From: a virus
Lineage: Duplodnaviria; Caudoviricetes
Strand: one strand, 5' to 3'
IMG/VR virus record: IMGVR_UViG_3300031994_000010
Span: 32,001-96,000 of that record
DNA length: 64,000 nucleotides
The position numbers and the translations under genes are program-made. Of the stretch, positions 47,568 through 57,184 are shown in pieces. The first letter of the stretch is position 1, and each line of letters begins with the position of its first letter. The notes beneath the pieces were generated by a model. That model saw only the letters and a list, made by a program, of their open reading frames with translations. It made no database searches and had not been told where the DNA came from.

Positions 47568-47856
47568 TTTGAGTTTTTACAGTTAATTGTCTAATTCTCT
47601 CTTTACAAATATGAATAATCTTTTCATAGTCAGAAACTCTAGAATCAGTTTCTTTTGTTCTAAGTACTCGTTTTACTATATCAGCATCCCAAGCATTTAG
47701 ATTATACTCTTGCCAAATCATCCAGGGTTGAATGAAATGTTTAGAATAATCAGAAGCTCCAATATTAAAGGAATGCTCTTCTTCTCCGAGCATTCCCAAT
47801 TCTTTAAGCTTTTGATATATATGCCAAGGAATTTGAACTTGTGGTTCTGGTTCCAT
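47554..47856 (-). CDS. DUF3310-like protein (T7 gp1.7 nucleotide-kinase-like)
   Basis: GASDY..HFIQPW...IVKRVLR...DYEK pattern. Confidence 0.55.
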   Translation of the reverse strand: MEPEPQVQIPWHIYQKLKELGMLGEEEHSFNIGASDYSKHFIQPWMIWQEYNLNAWDADIVKRVLRTKETDSRVSDYEKIIHICKERIRQLTVKTQNEDF

Positions 47857-48968
47857 TAAAATCCTATTTTCTTAACAGTCTTTTTACTAAAATCATTTTC
47901 TTCTTGATTATATATCTCAGCTAATGTTGCTTCCTTATTTATGAGCGGTAGATTTAAACTTTCACAGACCTTATTAGCTTTATCCTTTGGAAGTTTCTTA
48001 AATTCATACTTACCTTTTAATCTTCCTTTTCTAAGAAGAGCTGAATCAATTTGATTAATATCAGTATTAAAAGTACAAATAAACTTAAGTTTCAATCCGT
48101 CTCCTAATAAGCCATCAGTAAGATTTAAAATAGTACTCATAAAAGGATTAAAAGAACTATCTCTACTCTTTAATAGAGTTTCGCAATCCTCTAAGATAAG
48201 CACGCTATTAGCACATTCATCAGTAAGATAATCTACAAAAGCAGCAGAAGTTATATTATTTAGAATACTAGAATCTAATACAAAGAATTCAGTATTACAT
48301 TCCATAATTAACTTTCTGATTGCCATAGACTTACCACATCCAGGAGTTCCATATAAAAAGAAAGCTCCAGGGGTATCTGACTCGCAAAAATCTTTTAATT
48401 CTATCCAAGGGAAATCTTCCATATAATTTAATAAAGGAATCTTTAACTCAGACGGTAGATCAAAAGTAGTATGTCCAAAACCTCCTTGATAAGCGGTAAT
48501 ATAATTAAAACATTTATTTATAGGTTCTTCATATGCTACTAAATATTGACATAATCGTTCTGCAACAGAATCATCTTTACATAATAGATTAATTGCCATA
48601 TAATTAGTATTATTTACATACCCAGGTCTAGCTAAACAAAAATCTTTACCAAAGATAATAGTATCAACAGAATTTTCTACTAAACTAGTATACATCCATT
48701 CTATTTCATTATTATCTTTTAGATTCTGTATAAAAAGTCCATTATGTAATTTAAACGTAGAAATGTTCTTTTTATTTATTTCACTAAACTTAGGAAGCCT
48801 ACTATAAGAAGCTTTTTCACTGTCTTTACTTATATAAAGAGAGTATGTGGGATACAACTTTCCAAATACTTTGTATCCCATATTCTCTACAATTAAATTA
48901 GCATTAAAGTTTCCAGCATAAGCTTCTATAGCTTCTATGTAACATTTATTTATAAAATCATTACTCAT
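47856..48968 (-). CDS. AAA+ ATPase
   Basis: GTPGCGKS, LILEDCE, TFN and ALLRKGR (SRH) motifs. Confidence 0.88.
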   Translation of the reverse strand: MSNDFINKCYIEAIEAYAGNFNANLIVENMGYKVFGKLYPTYSLYISKDSEKASYSRLPKFSEINKKNISTFKLHNGLFIQNLKDNNEIEWMYTSLVENSVDTIIFGKDFCLARPGYVNNTNYMAINLLCKDDSVAERLCQYLVAYEEPINKCFNYITAYQGGFGHTTFDLPSELKIPLLNYMEDFPWIELKDFCESDTPGAFFLYGTPGCGKSMAIRKLIMECNTEFFVLDSSILNNITSAAFVDYLTDECANSVLILEDCETLLKSRDSSFNPFMSTILNLTDGLLGDGLKLKFICTFNTDINQIDSALLRKGRLKGKYEFKKLPKDKANKVCESLNLPLINKEATLAEIYNQEENDFSKKTVKKIGF

Positions 48969-51228
48969 GTATCCAATAGTCTCCTATAGTTATATCAGCA
49001 CTTAATAATAATCTAGTACAAAAAGGTTTGGCTCCTTGTTCCATACATTTTTGTAATACTTTAGCAGTTTCTTCAGCTATTTCTTCTGGACATTCCACAT
49101 TCCATTCATCATGTGCTTGCAAACACAACTTTACTTTGTTCTGTAAGTTATTCTTAAGAATATAATTAAAGAATAATATTCCTGCTAACTTAGAACACAT
49201 AGAACCTCTATTTTGAATTCTATAATTAATAGAAGCTTTTTCTAGTTCTGATTTTTGTCTATAATAATTTCTTACTCTAACACAAATATCAGAACTAGGA
49301 TCTAAGGCTTTCATAGCTCTATATTCTTCCCAGAATTCTCCATCTTTCATTTCTTCTTGAATTGCAGAAAGCTCATTCCAATTTTCAATAAAAGCTTTAT
49401 GCCCAGTAACAGGATTTTCTAAGATATATCCATCTCTCATAACAGCCATTCTACAATAATCCTGATAGTCTCTTACACCAGGAAAACCTTGCATATAGTT
49501 ATTATAAATGGTTTTAGCTTCCTCTGGAGAAAATCCATTATTTTGGACCAATGTGTTTGCATCACCACCATAATTAAAACAGAATTCGACTCCTTTAGCA
49601 GCTTGTCGTTCATCATGATATAATTTAGAAATATCTTCTATTTTAGTATCTCTAGGTATTTTATTTGGATATGCCATATAAGCTACTAGAGCATGCATAT
49701 CACAACATTCTCCAGGGTCATAAATATGAAGCATTGCTGGATCATTTGCTACAGATGCTAAAAGTCTAGATTCTTGTGATTGATAATCAAGACTGAGCCA
49801 TTTATTACCTTTCTCTGCAACAAAACAAGCTCTAGTAACAGCTTCTCTTGGAAGATTTTGAATATTTAACTTCTTAGAATCTTCAGATTTTCCTCCACTA
49901 CTAAGTCTTGCGGTAGCAGTTCCTAATTGATCATAATCAGGATGGATTCTTCCATCTGACATTATACCATCTAACCAATTTTGTCCATAAGTAGTACAAA
50001 CTTTTTCAGCTTTCTTATATGCTAAATAAGGTTTACTTATACTACTAACATCTTTTTGCGGTTTAATAATCTTAGCTGCGACACTCTTTTTAGGCATTTT
50101 AGTCTTCTTATCTACTGTATCAAGATTAAAACCTAGCAATTCAAATAGTGGAATTAATTGTGCTGAACTAGACCAATTAATAGCACATTGTGGGTCTGGA
50201 TTAAATCCAAAAAACAAATCTCCTTGTAACTCTCTATATATATAGGAATAAAACCTATTTCTCATAACATATCCAAATGGAACTTTATAGGTAGCAACAT
50301 TATATAAAATTCTTTCTCCGTCTTCATCGAATTCAGTTTCTGTCCTGCCAGAAATCATTTCTGAACCTTTTGGTAAATTTGGAGAAATATCTACATATTT
50401 GCCTTTATAGTTTTTTCCTACTCTTATATCTAGAGTTATATATTGTAGATTATTATTACTATGTTCAGACCAAAAGTTAAGTATCCAATCATTTAATTCT
50501 TTCAGATACTTTTCCATATTTTCTTGGTCGTTTTTCATTTTGGCTTTCCACTTGTCAACATCTAACTTAACTCCGCAAAACTTCATATAAGTTAGACATT
50601 TTACAAACTCATTTTCAAACCTAGCAGCTTTAAGAAGATCTTTCTCTTCTAATAGTTTGAGTTGAGCTTGATAAACTGGAATTTCATAAGCTACATCTCT
50701 CCCACTATATTGAATTACTTCAGGAGTTAATCCTACTTTAATAATTTGACCTCTAATTGTTTTATCAAGTTCTACGTTACAATATCTTTTAACAGCCGTT
50801 TTTAATGCCCAAGGAGTATAATCAGCACCAAGGTCATTGATACATTTAGCCAGTAATGACTTATAATCAATACCTAAATACATCAATTTTTCTTGTAACA
50901 TTAAATCAATAATCTTTCTTGGCCAAATATCATTATGATATAAGAATAATCCATCAAATAAATAATTCCAGAACAACAAAGTTTTAGTTTCTAATATTTC
51001 TTTTAATAAAGAAATTTGAACAGTAGTACAATCCCAGACTATTTGCCATTCTTCATTACCTAATTGAATAGTAAGAAGTTTTTTAGTTAACCAATCAAAT
51101 CCCTCAGTTTCAGTATCAGCGGCAAGTATATCTTCATTACTAAGCATTTTTAATGCTTTATCTACAGGTAATTCTTCATATAAATCACTTTCAAACAAAG
51201 ATTTTTGATTACTTACAAGATAAATCAT
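48961..51228 (-). CDS. polA: Family A DNA polymerase with 3'-5' exonuclease
   Basis: DTETEG exonuclease motif, TARLSS, NIQNLP, DYQSQESR (A), RQAAKGVEF..NYG (B) and HDE (C). Confidence 0.95.
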   Translation of the reverse strand: MIYLVSNQKSLFESDLYEELPVDKALKMLSNEDILAADTETEGFDWLTKKLLTIQLGNEEWQIVWDCTTVQISLLKEILETKTLLFWNYLFDGLFLYHNDIWPRKIIDLMLQEKLMYLGIDYKSLLAKCINDLGADYTPWALKTAVKRYCNVELDKTIRGQIIKVGLTPEVIQYSGRDVAYEIPVYQAQLKLLEEKDLLKAARFENEFVKCLTYMKFCGVKLDVDKWKAKMKNDQENMEKYLKELNDWILNFWSEHSNNNLQYITLDIRVGKNYKGKYVDISPNLPKGSEMISGRTETEFDEDGERILYNVATYKVPFGYVMRNRFYSYIYRELQGDLFFGFNPDPQCAINWSSSAQLIPLFELLGFNLDTVDKKTKMPKKSVAAKIIKPQKDVSSISKPYLAYKKAEKVCTTYGQNWLDGIMSDGRIHPDYDQLGTATARLSSGGKSEDSKKLNIQNLPREAVTRACFVAEKGNKWLSLDYQSQESRLLASVANDPAMLHIYDPGECCDMHALVAYMAYPNKIPRDTKIEDISKLYHDERQAAKGVEFCFNYGGDANTLVQNNGFSPEEAKTIYNNYMQGFPGVRDYQDYCRMAVMRDGYILENPVTGHKAFIENWNELSAIQEEMKDGEFWEEYRAMKALDPSSDICVRVRNYYRQKSELEKASINYRIQNRGSMCSKLAGILFFNYILKNNLQNKVKLCLQAHDEWNVECPEEIAEETAKVLQKCMEQGAKPFCTRLLLSADITIGDYWIHE

Positions 51229-51356
51229 TGATAATTACACTCTGGGTCGTAGGGGTCTACAGTACAATCTAAATCATTACAATAATTACGAATACTTCCG
51301 TCTTTTCTTTTCTCTTCTCGAAAATATCCACAATAATAACAATTACTACACCTCAT
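51225..51356 (-). CDS. Small Cys-rich protein (43 aa)
   Basis: MRCSNCYYC...C...C...C; ATGA overlap with polA. Confidence 0.5.
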   Translation of the reverse strand: MRCSNCYYCGYFREEKRKDGSIRNYCNDLDCTVDPYDPECNYQ

Positions 51357-51358
51357 AA

Positions 51359-52312
51359 TTAAAATTTTCCTTCGTTAGGTTGTAAAACAGTTAATCCTAA
51401 ATCTCTATACATTTTAACTACCTTTTGAGAATCTTCTAAAACAAAATCTACAAAGTACTTATCTTTAACTTCATTTTCATAGAGTATTCGTTTTATTTCT
51501 TCTCCTTTTGTATAGTTACCGAAAGGCCTCATTAATAACTTACTATATGGAATTTCATATTTATTTAACCAGGCTTCAGTTCCAGTTCTACAGGATTCAT
51601 CTCTACCAGTTATAATAATTACATTATTATTAAACTTATAGGGATTTGTTCCGTAGTTTGGATTAGCGTATTGTTTAACTAAATTAACAATAGGCATATT
51701 TGGAGTATCATTAATTAGTTGTTCATTAACTCCATTTCCCCAAAATTCTCTTTCTTGTGTATTAAAACATAAAGTAGCATCCATATCGACGATTATGCAA
51801 TGCGGTAAAGAAGAATCTTGTACAACTTGGTTAGACAACATATTTTGTATAGAGTTTTGAATGATGTAGGTTCTATATCTCTTCCATTGTTGTCTAATTA
51901 CTTTCTCTCCAATAGGATTTTCTCTTTTAGAATCTCGTTCAATACAGACTTCTACAGGAGTATCAAATAATTTATATTTAAGTTGATATAAGTTAACACT
52001 TTCACTGTCATCTGAAGAATTATTCTCTTTAATAAGTTTCTTATATTCTTCTTGATGCTTGGGATTAAGATTAGACATATTATCTATAACTATATCGTAA
52101 CCCATATACATAGCTTGAGCAAGAGCATAGTCAAACATATCTTTTACCAACTGTTCTCGTTTATCGGGAACCCAATATTTACCCAACATACATCTAATGT
52201 CATCGTAATTTAATCTTATACGATGCTCTGGATCTTCTTCTGCCCATTGTTTAGACCAATAGGTTTTACCGCTTCCACTAATCCCCAGTGCTAGTATTAT
52301 TTCTTTCATCAT
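51359..52312 (-). CDS. Polynucleotide 5'-kinase/3'-phosphatase (T4 PseT-like)
   Basis: GISGSGKT P-loop kinase domain followed by a HAD domain (DMDAT, TGR, LED). Confidence 0.9.
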   Translation of the reverse strand: MMKEIILALGISGSGKTYWSKQWAEEDPEHRIRLNYDDIRCMLGKYWVPDKREQLVKDMFDYALAQAMYMGYDIVIDNMSNLNPKHQEEYKKLIKENNSSDDSESVNLYQLKYKLFDTPVEVCIERDSKRENPIGEKVIRQQWKRYRTYIIQNSIQNMLSNQVVQDSSLPHCIIVDMDATLCFNTQEREFWGNGVNEQLINDTPNMPIVNLVKQYANPNYGTNPYKFNNNVIIITGRDESCRTGTEAWLNKYEIPYSKLLMRPFGNYTKGEEIKRILYENEVKDKYFVDFVLEDSQKVVKMYRDLGLTVLQPNEGKF

Positions 52313-52628
52313 AAATTATATCAGGTTCACATCCTTCTGGAAAATAATCTTTTAATTCTGTTTCTTCTATTTCTTCGATACTCACTGTACAATCTCCGTC
52401 CCAATTTTCTCTAGCCTCGTCCCAAGCTTCTTGTTCTTCTTCTTCAGAATCAAACTCTTCATCCTCAATGTAAAGAAGATGACTCCAATTAACCCATAAA
52501 TCTTCAATTATCTCATCATAAACACCTGAATCAATTAACGCTTGTTCAGGGTTTTCTTCTGAATAGGCACCATAATATTCTTCAGTTCCACAAAATGGGG
52601 AACTAGCAGTAATTAACCAACATTTCAT
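52278..52628 (-). CDS. Hypothetical highly acidic protein
   Basis: Track ORF. Ends TAG, with TAA four codons further on. Confidence 0.65.
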   Translation of the reverse strand: MKCWLITASSPFCGTEEYYGAYSEENPEQALIDSGVYDEIIEDLWVNWSHLLYIEDEEFDSEEEEQEAWDEARENWDGDCTVSIEEIEETELKDYFPEGCEPDIIYDERNNTSTGD

Positions 52629-52915
52629 TTTCCAAAGTCCTTAAAAACATTATTCAATTCTACATTAATAGGAGTATAAGAACTATATGAAACAGATTTG
52701 ACTACTTTAGACATTCTTTCAACATAATCTGAATCAATAATTTCTTTAGCTTTAGTTTTCTTATCTAATTTATATGGAATATAATAATTATTAAATTCGT
52801 GATTTATGAAAAGTTCTTTCAAAGTTCTCCATCCATACCAATGTTTAAGTTGTGGATAATACCAGTGATTACCGTTACCATCCACAACTTCTTTAATTCT
52901 ATATTTAGGATACAT
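52625..52915 (-). CDS. Hypothetical protein
   Basis: Track ORF. Confidence 0.65.
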   Translation of the reverse strand: MYPKYRIKEVVDGNGNHWYYPQLKHWYGWRTLKELFINHEFNNYYIPYKLDKKTKAKEIIDSDYVERMSKVVKSVSYSSYTPINVELNNVFKDFGK

Positions 52916-54287
52916 CTTCTATATTAATTTCACCATTATCAAGAGCTTTCTGTTCTTTATTTAAGAAATTAAAGCATTTTAGCTTAAAAGCATGAGCTAA
53001 GTTGTCCTCAATTCTAATAACAACACCTTCATGAGGCACATTGTTAGCACATTCAGGAGAACGTTCCTCCATATAGAAGTTTTTATCATTAGCAAGTCTT
53101 TCCAAGAAGTTTTCGTTCCAATGCTCTTCAGTATTTAGATCTGGATACAAATCCGAAGCATAACCATAATAGAGTTCAGTGACTGGCCTCAACCCATTCT
53201 TTTTACACCAATTCTGAACAGCTCTTGCAGAGAACTCTTGAACTACTCCATCAATATTAGTATAAGTTATTCTATAAATATAGATTTTATAATGGATTCC
53301 TTCAGTATAAGATTCTCCTTCCTTTATTGGCCTACATCCATAATCATATTCCTTTTGAATATATTTATTATCCGTAGTATAACCTACTATTTCATAGTAA
53401 AGAGATAATCCCTTTGTTATATATGGACGAAGATGTTTATCAGCAATTACTCTAAAGTCATCAGAACCATAATATCCATTATTTACCTTAGGATTGATAT
53501 ATTGATTCTTAATAACTTTTCTTGAAGCATATATATGATCATAGACTGGGAAAGTATACTTAGTAAGCCATTTAGCTATCTTTTCTTTCCAGGTTAGAGG
53601 CTTATTACATAAAATATAAGCGGATATAGCGCTCGTGCCGTGCCATTTGCTCGATATTTGAATTATATCATTAGGTTTGATAACAGTTGGATTCTTACGA
53701 AGCATTTCTGTCTCATAATGGAATCTAAATTGATTTTCTATAATTCTATCGAACTTTTTTAGATTCTTATCATATCTACTATGTCGATCATACAGATGTG
53801 AACCACCTTGTTGCCTTACAATATACTTCCTACATACCCAAAAAGATTTATTACCATCGGTAATTTCATCAAATTCAAGTCCATCTTCAGGTTCTGGTAA
53901 AGATTGATTAACAGAATCTACAACCCAATTATTAAAGTGTTCATAGGGAAGTAAAAATCCTTCAGATGGATAACCTTTTAACTTAATAGCCTTAACTCTA
54001 CCATTTTTACCGAAGAAACCAGGTTTAGCTGTAGCATCTTTATTTAATTCAGGTTTAGCATATAAATTAAGATACTCTAATAGCTCTGAGTGAATCTGAC
54101 TCATAGTTGGAAAATATACATAAAATCCTTCAGGTTCATTTATTCCTACGGATATAGAATATCCTCCAATATGTGCTACTTTCATTTTAGTAACTTCTGG
54201 GTTAGGATGCTTAGAAAATTCAGTAATATGAACTACCTTAGCTAAATAATTGATATTAGCTTTTTTACTTATATTAAGCTTTAACAT
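52905..54287 (-). CDS. RNA ligase (Rnl2-like nucleotidyltransferase with N-terminal extension)
   Basis: KWHGTS (motif I), YEIVG, EGVVIR and FKLK motifs. Confidence 0.82.
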   Translation of the reverse strand: MLKLNISKKANINYLAKVVHITEFSKHPNPEVTKMKVAHIGGYSISVGINEPEGFYVYFPTMSQIHSELLEYLNLYAKPELNKDATAKPGFFGKNGRVKAIKLKGYPSEGFLLPYEHFNNWVVDSVNQSLPEPEDGLEFDEITDGNKSFWVCRKYIVRQQGGSHLYDRHSRYDKNLKKFDRIIENQFRFHYETEMLRKNPTVIKPNDIIQISSKWHGTSAISAYILCNKPLTWKEKIAKWLTKYTFPVYDHIYASRKVIKNQYINPKVNNGYYGSDDFRVIADKHLRPYITKGLSLYYEIVGYTTDNKYIQKEYDYGCRPIKEGESYTEGIHYKIYIYRITYTNIDGVVQEFSARAVQNWCKKNGLRPVTELYYGYASDLYPDLNTEEHWNENFLERLANDKNFYMEERSPECANNVPHEGVVIRIEDNLAHAFKLKCFNFLNKEQKALDNGEINIEDVS

Positions 54288-54588
54288 AGTGTTTTAAATA
54301 TTTAATTAATTTATCATCTTTAGGAAAACACACCCATTTATGCCCCCAGGAATCAGTGTAAAAACTCCTTAATTCTCCTTTACTACTCCACATTTTTTTG
54401 TAAGCAGCTATAAGTTGTTCAGCAGTAATTCCTGGATTCTTTAGAATATTTTTTTCTAACCCAATAAAGTATTTATCTAAAAATGGTTGTTCTTCAGCAT
54501 CTTTAACTATTAGTCTTGCTTTAGACTCATCTTTAGGAATTAAATATAAGCTCCAAGTAGGAACTCTTATATGGGTTTTAAGTTTCAT
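54274..54588 (-). CDS. Hypothetical protein
   Basis: Track ORF. Confidence 0.65.
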   Translation of the reverse strand: MKLKTHIRVPTWSLYLIPKDESKARLIVKDAEEQPFLDKYFIGLEKNILKNPGITAEQLIAAYKKMWSSKGELRSFYTDSWGHKWVCFPKDDKLIKYLKHYVKA

Positions 54589-55441
54589 TATACAATATAT
54601 ATTCTAATTCTTTCTTTCTATCATTTTTTAGTTGATTTAAAGCATCTTTCTTTATTTGTCTTATTCTCTCAGGAGATATTCCAAATAATCTGCTAATTTC
54701 AACCATATCCATTTGTCTTACACCTATTCCATAATAAAGAATAAGAATATCATGTTCTCTATCTCTCATTTTATTGAGAATAAGCTGAATCTGCTGTTTA
54801 AATGAATCTTTTATTAAAGCATCATCAGTAGCTATAGAACCTTTATTAGGGATTATGTCTACCAATGTACCTGCTTCTTCATCATCTGAAAAAGGAGTAT
54901 CAAGAGAAACGGTGTATTTACCATATTCCATTAATTTACTTATTTTCTCTTCTGGTAGATCTATGATTTCTTCTAATTCCTTTGGAGTAGGAGTTCTTTC
55001 ATTTTCTTGTTCAAATTTTTTAATAGCTCTAAATACTTTAGATACATTACCTATTTGATTTAAAGGTAATCTTATAGTTCTAGAAGTAGAATATAGAGCT
55101 TTTAAAATGCTTTGTCTTATCCACCATACAGCATAACTAATAAACTTAAATCCTCTATCAACATCAAATTTAGTAGCTGCATGAATTAATCCTTCATTTC
55201 CAGCACTAATTAGTTCCTCTAAAGGTAATCCTTGATTTTGATATTGTTTAGCTACAGATATAACAAATCTGAGATTAGAAGAAACTAATTTATCTTGAGC
55301 AGATTTATCACCTAGTTTCATTCGATAGCCTAGATCCTTTTCTTCTTCTGGAGTTAATAAAGGAATTTTATTTACATCTTTTAGATATAACTTAATTGCA
55401 TCTCTATTAGTTATAGATGGTCGTATTTGAAACCTTTGCAT
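54578..55441 (-). CDS. Sigma70-family RNA polymerase sigma factor (Bacteroidota primary-sigma-like)
   Basis: NLRFVISVAKQY, GNEGL, KFISYAVWWIRQ, RLPLN, SLD and ERIRQI; 287 aa. Confidence 0.93.
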   Translation of the reverse strand: MQRFQIRPSITNRDAIKLYLKDVNKIPLLTPEEEKDLGYRMKLGDKSAQDKLVSSNLRFVISVAKQYQNQGLPLEELISAGNEGLIHAATKFDVDRGFKFISYAVWWIRQSILKALYSTSRTIRLPLNQIGNVSKVFRAIKKFEQENERTPTPKELEEIIDLPEEKISKLMEYGKYTVSLDTPFSDDEEAGTLVDIIPNKGSIATDDALIKDSFKQQIQLILNKMRDREHDILILYYGIGVRQMDMVEISRLFGISPERIRQIKKDALNQLKNDRKKELEYILYNET

Positions 55442-55443
55442 AA

Positions 55444-55635
55444 TTAAACGTATTCAGCATCCTTAAATTGAATATCACCATCTAATACAAAGAACCCTTG
55501 TTTATGTAAGGGTTCTAATTGCTTACTAATAGTGGCTTTATAAACATTAAGCCTCTCTTCTTCTTTTATATTATCGGGGACTTCTACCTTTCCCCGAATA
55601 ATTTTAGTAATTGGACAAGTATATTCTATTATCAT
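55444..55635 (-). CDS. Hypothetical protein
   Basis: Track ORF with ATGA overlap. Confidence 0.6.
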   Translation of the reverse strand: MIIEYTCPITKIIRGKVEVPDNIKEEERLNVYKATISKQLEPLHKQGFFVLDGDIQFKDAEYV

Positions 55636-56885
55636 TTAAATTCGTTAGCATCTCTAAAAGCAATCAATGCTGGCTGTAGTGGGACTCCTGTTACTTCATC
55701 TCCACCATTAGAATAATAGAAATATTTAATCGTTGCAAACTTTCCTTTATATTTAGAATTAAAGTTATCTACATATTCTTCTTTAGTAGCTCTATCTCCA
55801 ACAGGTTTAGCTTTAAAAGTATTACCATATGGAGTTTTACATATGAATACCATATCCTCAGTACCTCTTAATCCTAATTCATAAGATTCTACTAAGAATT
55901 CTGCATCCATGTAATTCTTTACTTTAATCATAGAATATGTACGAGACCCAAATCCATATACTGCATCAGGATCTCTTAACACTAATCCTTCCCAACCTTC
56001 TTCTACATAAGCATTATGTAAAGAATTAACTTCTTCTTCACCAATAACTATCTCTTGTGGAACTAGAAGCATTTGAAGCTCATTTTTATTCCACTCTACA
56101 TATGGATCAAAATCTCTTAATTGTAATTCTTTTTTAATGGCTAACATAATTTTATTCCTAACTTTAAAAGAAATATTAGGAACCATTATATCATACATAT
56201 AAAAACATAACTGGTCACAATCAACAGCATTCTTTTCCATACGACAGGCTCCACTTATTCTCTGAAGAGGCCATCCATGTTTATAAGCTTCTCCATCTAG
56301 TACAATTTTAGGATGTTTTTTAAAGAACTCTATAAATTTTTCATTTTGAATAAAGTGTTGCATTGAATAGTCATAATGTCCACCTCCTCTAGAGGCAGTT
56401 CTTATCATTCTTCCATCCCAATAGAAAGACATTCGACATCCGTCAATTTTTCTACTTGCAAACCAATAGTCTTTAGTAGCTATAACGTCAGATTTACACT
56501 GTTTTAATGGTTTAGCTAACATATGTTTAGCAAATCCATTAGCATCAGTTTTATATTCTGGAAGCATTTGGTTTAATTCTTCTAAAGCATAACTTTCTGG
56601 GTCACGCTCTATTTCTTTATAACCTTTATCTTTATACTCCTTACATATAGCATTAAATCTAAGTAGACATTGTGCATATGGATCTCTAGTTGAAAATCCT
56701 TTATCAATAATTAAAGGTGGTTGAATTACTCTTTTGCCTTTGTATTGATAAGAACACCTACTGATGGTGTAAGTGTTCTTATCGGTTTGTTCAAAATGAG
56801 TTTCTATACAACGAATTTTTCCATTAGAATCTCTATTTATAAAATAGCATTGATGTTTTTGTTGAGATTCAAATAAATCATTCAT
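55632..56885 (-). CDS. ATP-dependent DNA ligase
   Basis: KIDGCR, LDGE, YD, EGLVLR and KVK motifs with a C-terminal OB domain. Confidence 0.92.
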   Translation of the reverse strand: MNDLFESQQKHQCYFINRDSNGKIRCIETHFEQTDKNTYTISRCSYQYKGKRVIQPPLIIDKGFSTRDPYAQCLLRFNAICKEYKDKGYKEIERDPESYALEELNQMLPEYKTDANGFAKHMLAKPLKQCKSDVIATKDYWFASRKIDGCRMSFYWDGRMIRTASRGGGHYDYSMQHFIQNEKFIEFFKKHPKIVLDGEAYKHGWPLQRISGACRMEKNAVDCDQLCFYMYDIMVPNISFKVRNKIMLAIKKELQLRDFDPYVEWNKNELQMLLVPQEIVIGEEEVNSLHNAYVEEGWEGLVLRDPDAVYGFGSRTYSMIKVKNYMDAEFLVESYELGLRGTEDMVFICKTPYGNTFKAKPVGDRATKEEYVDNFNSKYKGKFATIKYFYYSNGGDEVTGVPLQPALIAFRDANEFK

Positions 56886-57184
56886 TTGAGGTGATTATTT
56901 TTAACCAAATATTCCCATAAATCTTTTAAGTCTTCAACATTATATTCTGTTTCTTCTGTATAGATAATTTTTGGAACACTCTCATAGAGCCACCAAAAGA
57001 TTAAATCTGCTCCATCTTCATCGAAACAAGAATATATATAGTTATCAAATAATTGATAAGTTATTTGAACTAAATCTATCTCAAATAAATCTCTAGAGTT
57101 AAGAATCTTTTGTAGCTCTTCTAATTTTTCGTCAAATTGATTCTTTAAATCAATTTGTTTCTTTAATTCTTCAAATGTAATCAT
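56882..57184 (-). CDS. Hypothetical protein
   Basis: Track ORF. Confidence 0.7.
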   Translation of the reverse strand: MITFEELKKQIDLKNQFDEKLEELQKILNSRDLFEIDLVQITYQLFDNYIYSCFDEDGADLIFWWLYESVPKIIYTEETEYNVEDLKDLWEYLVKNNHLK

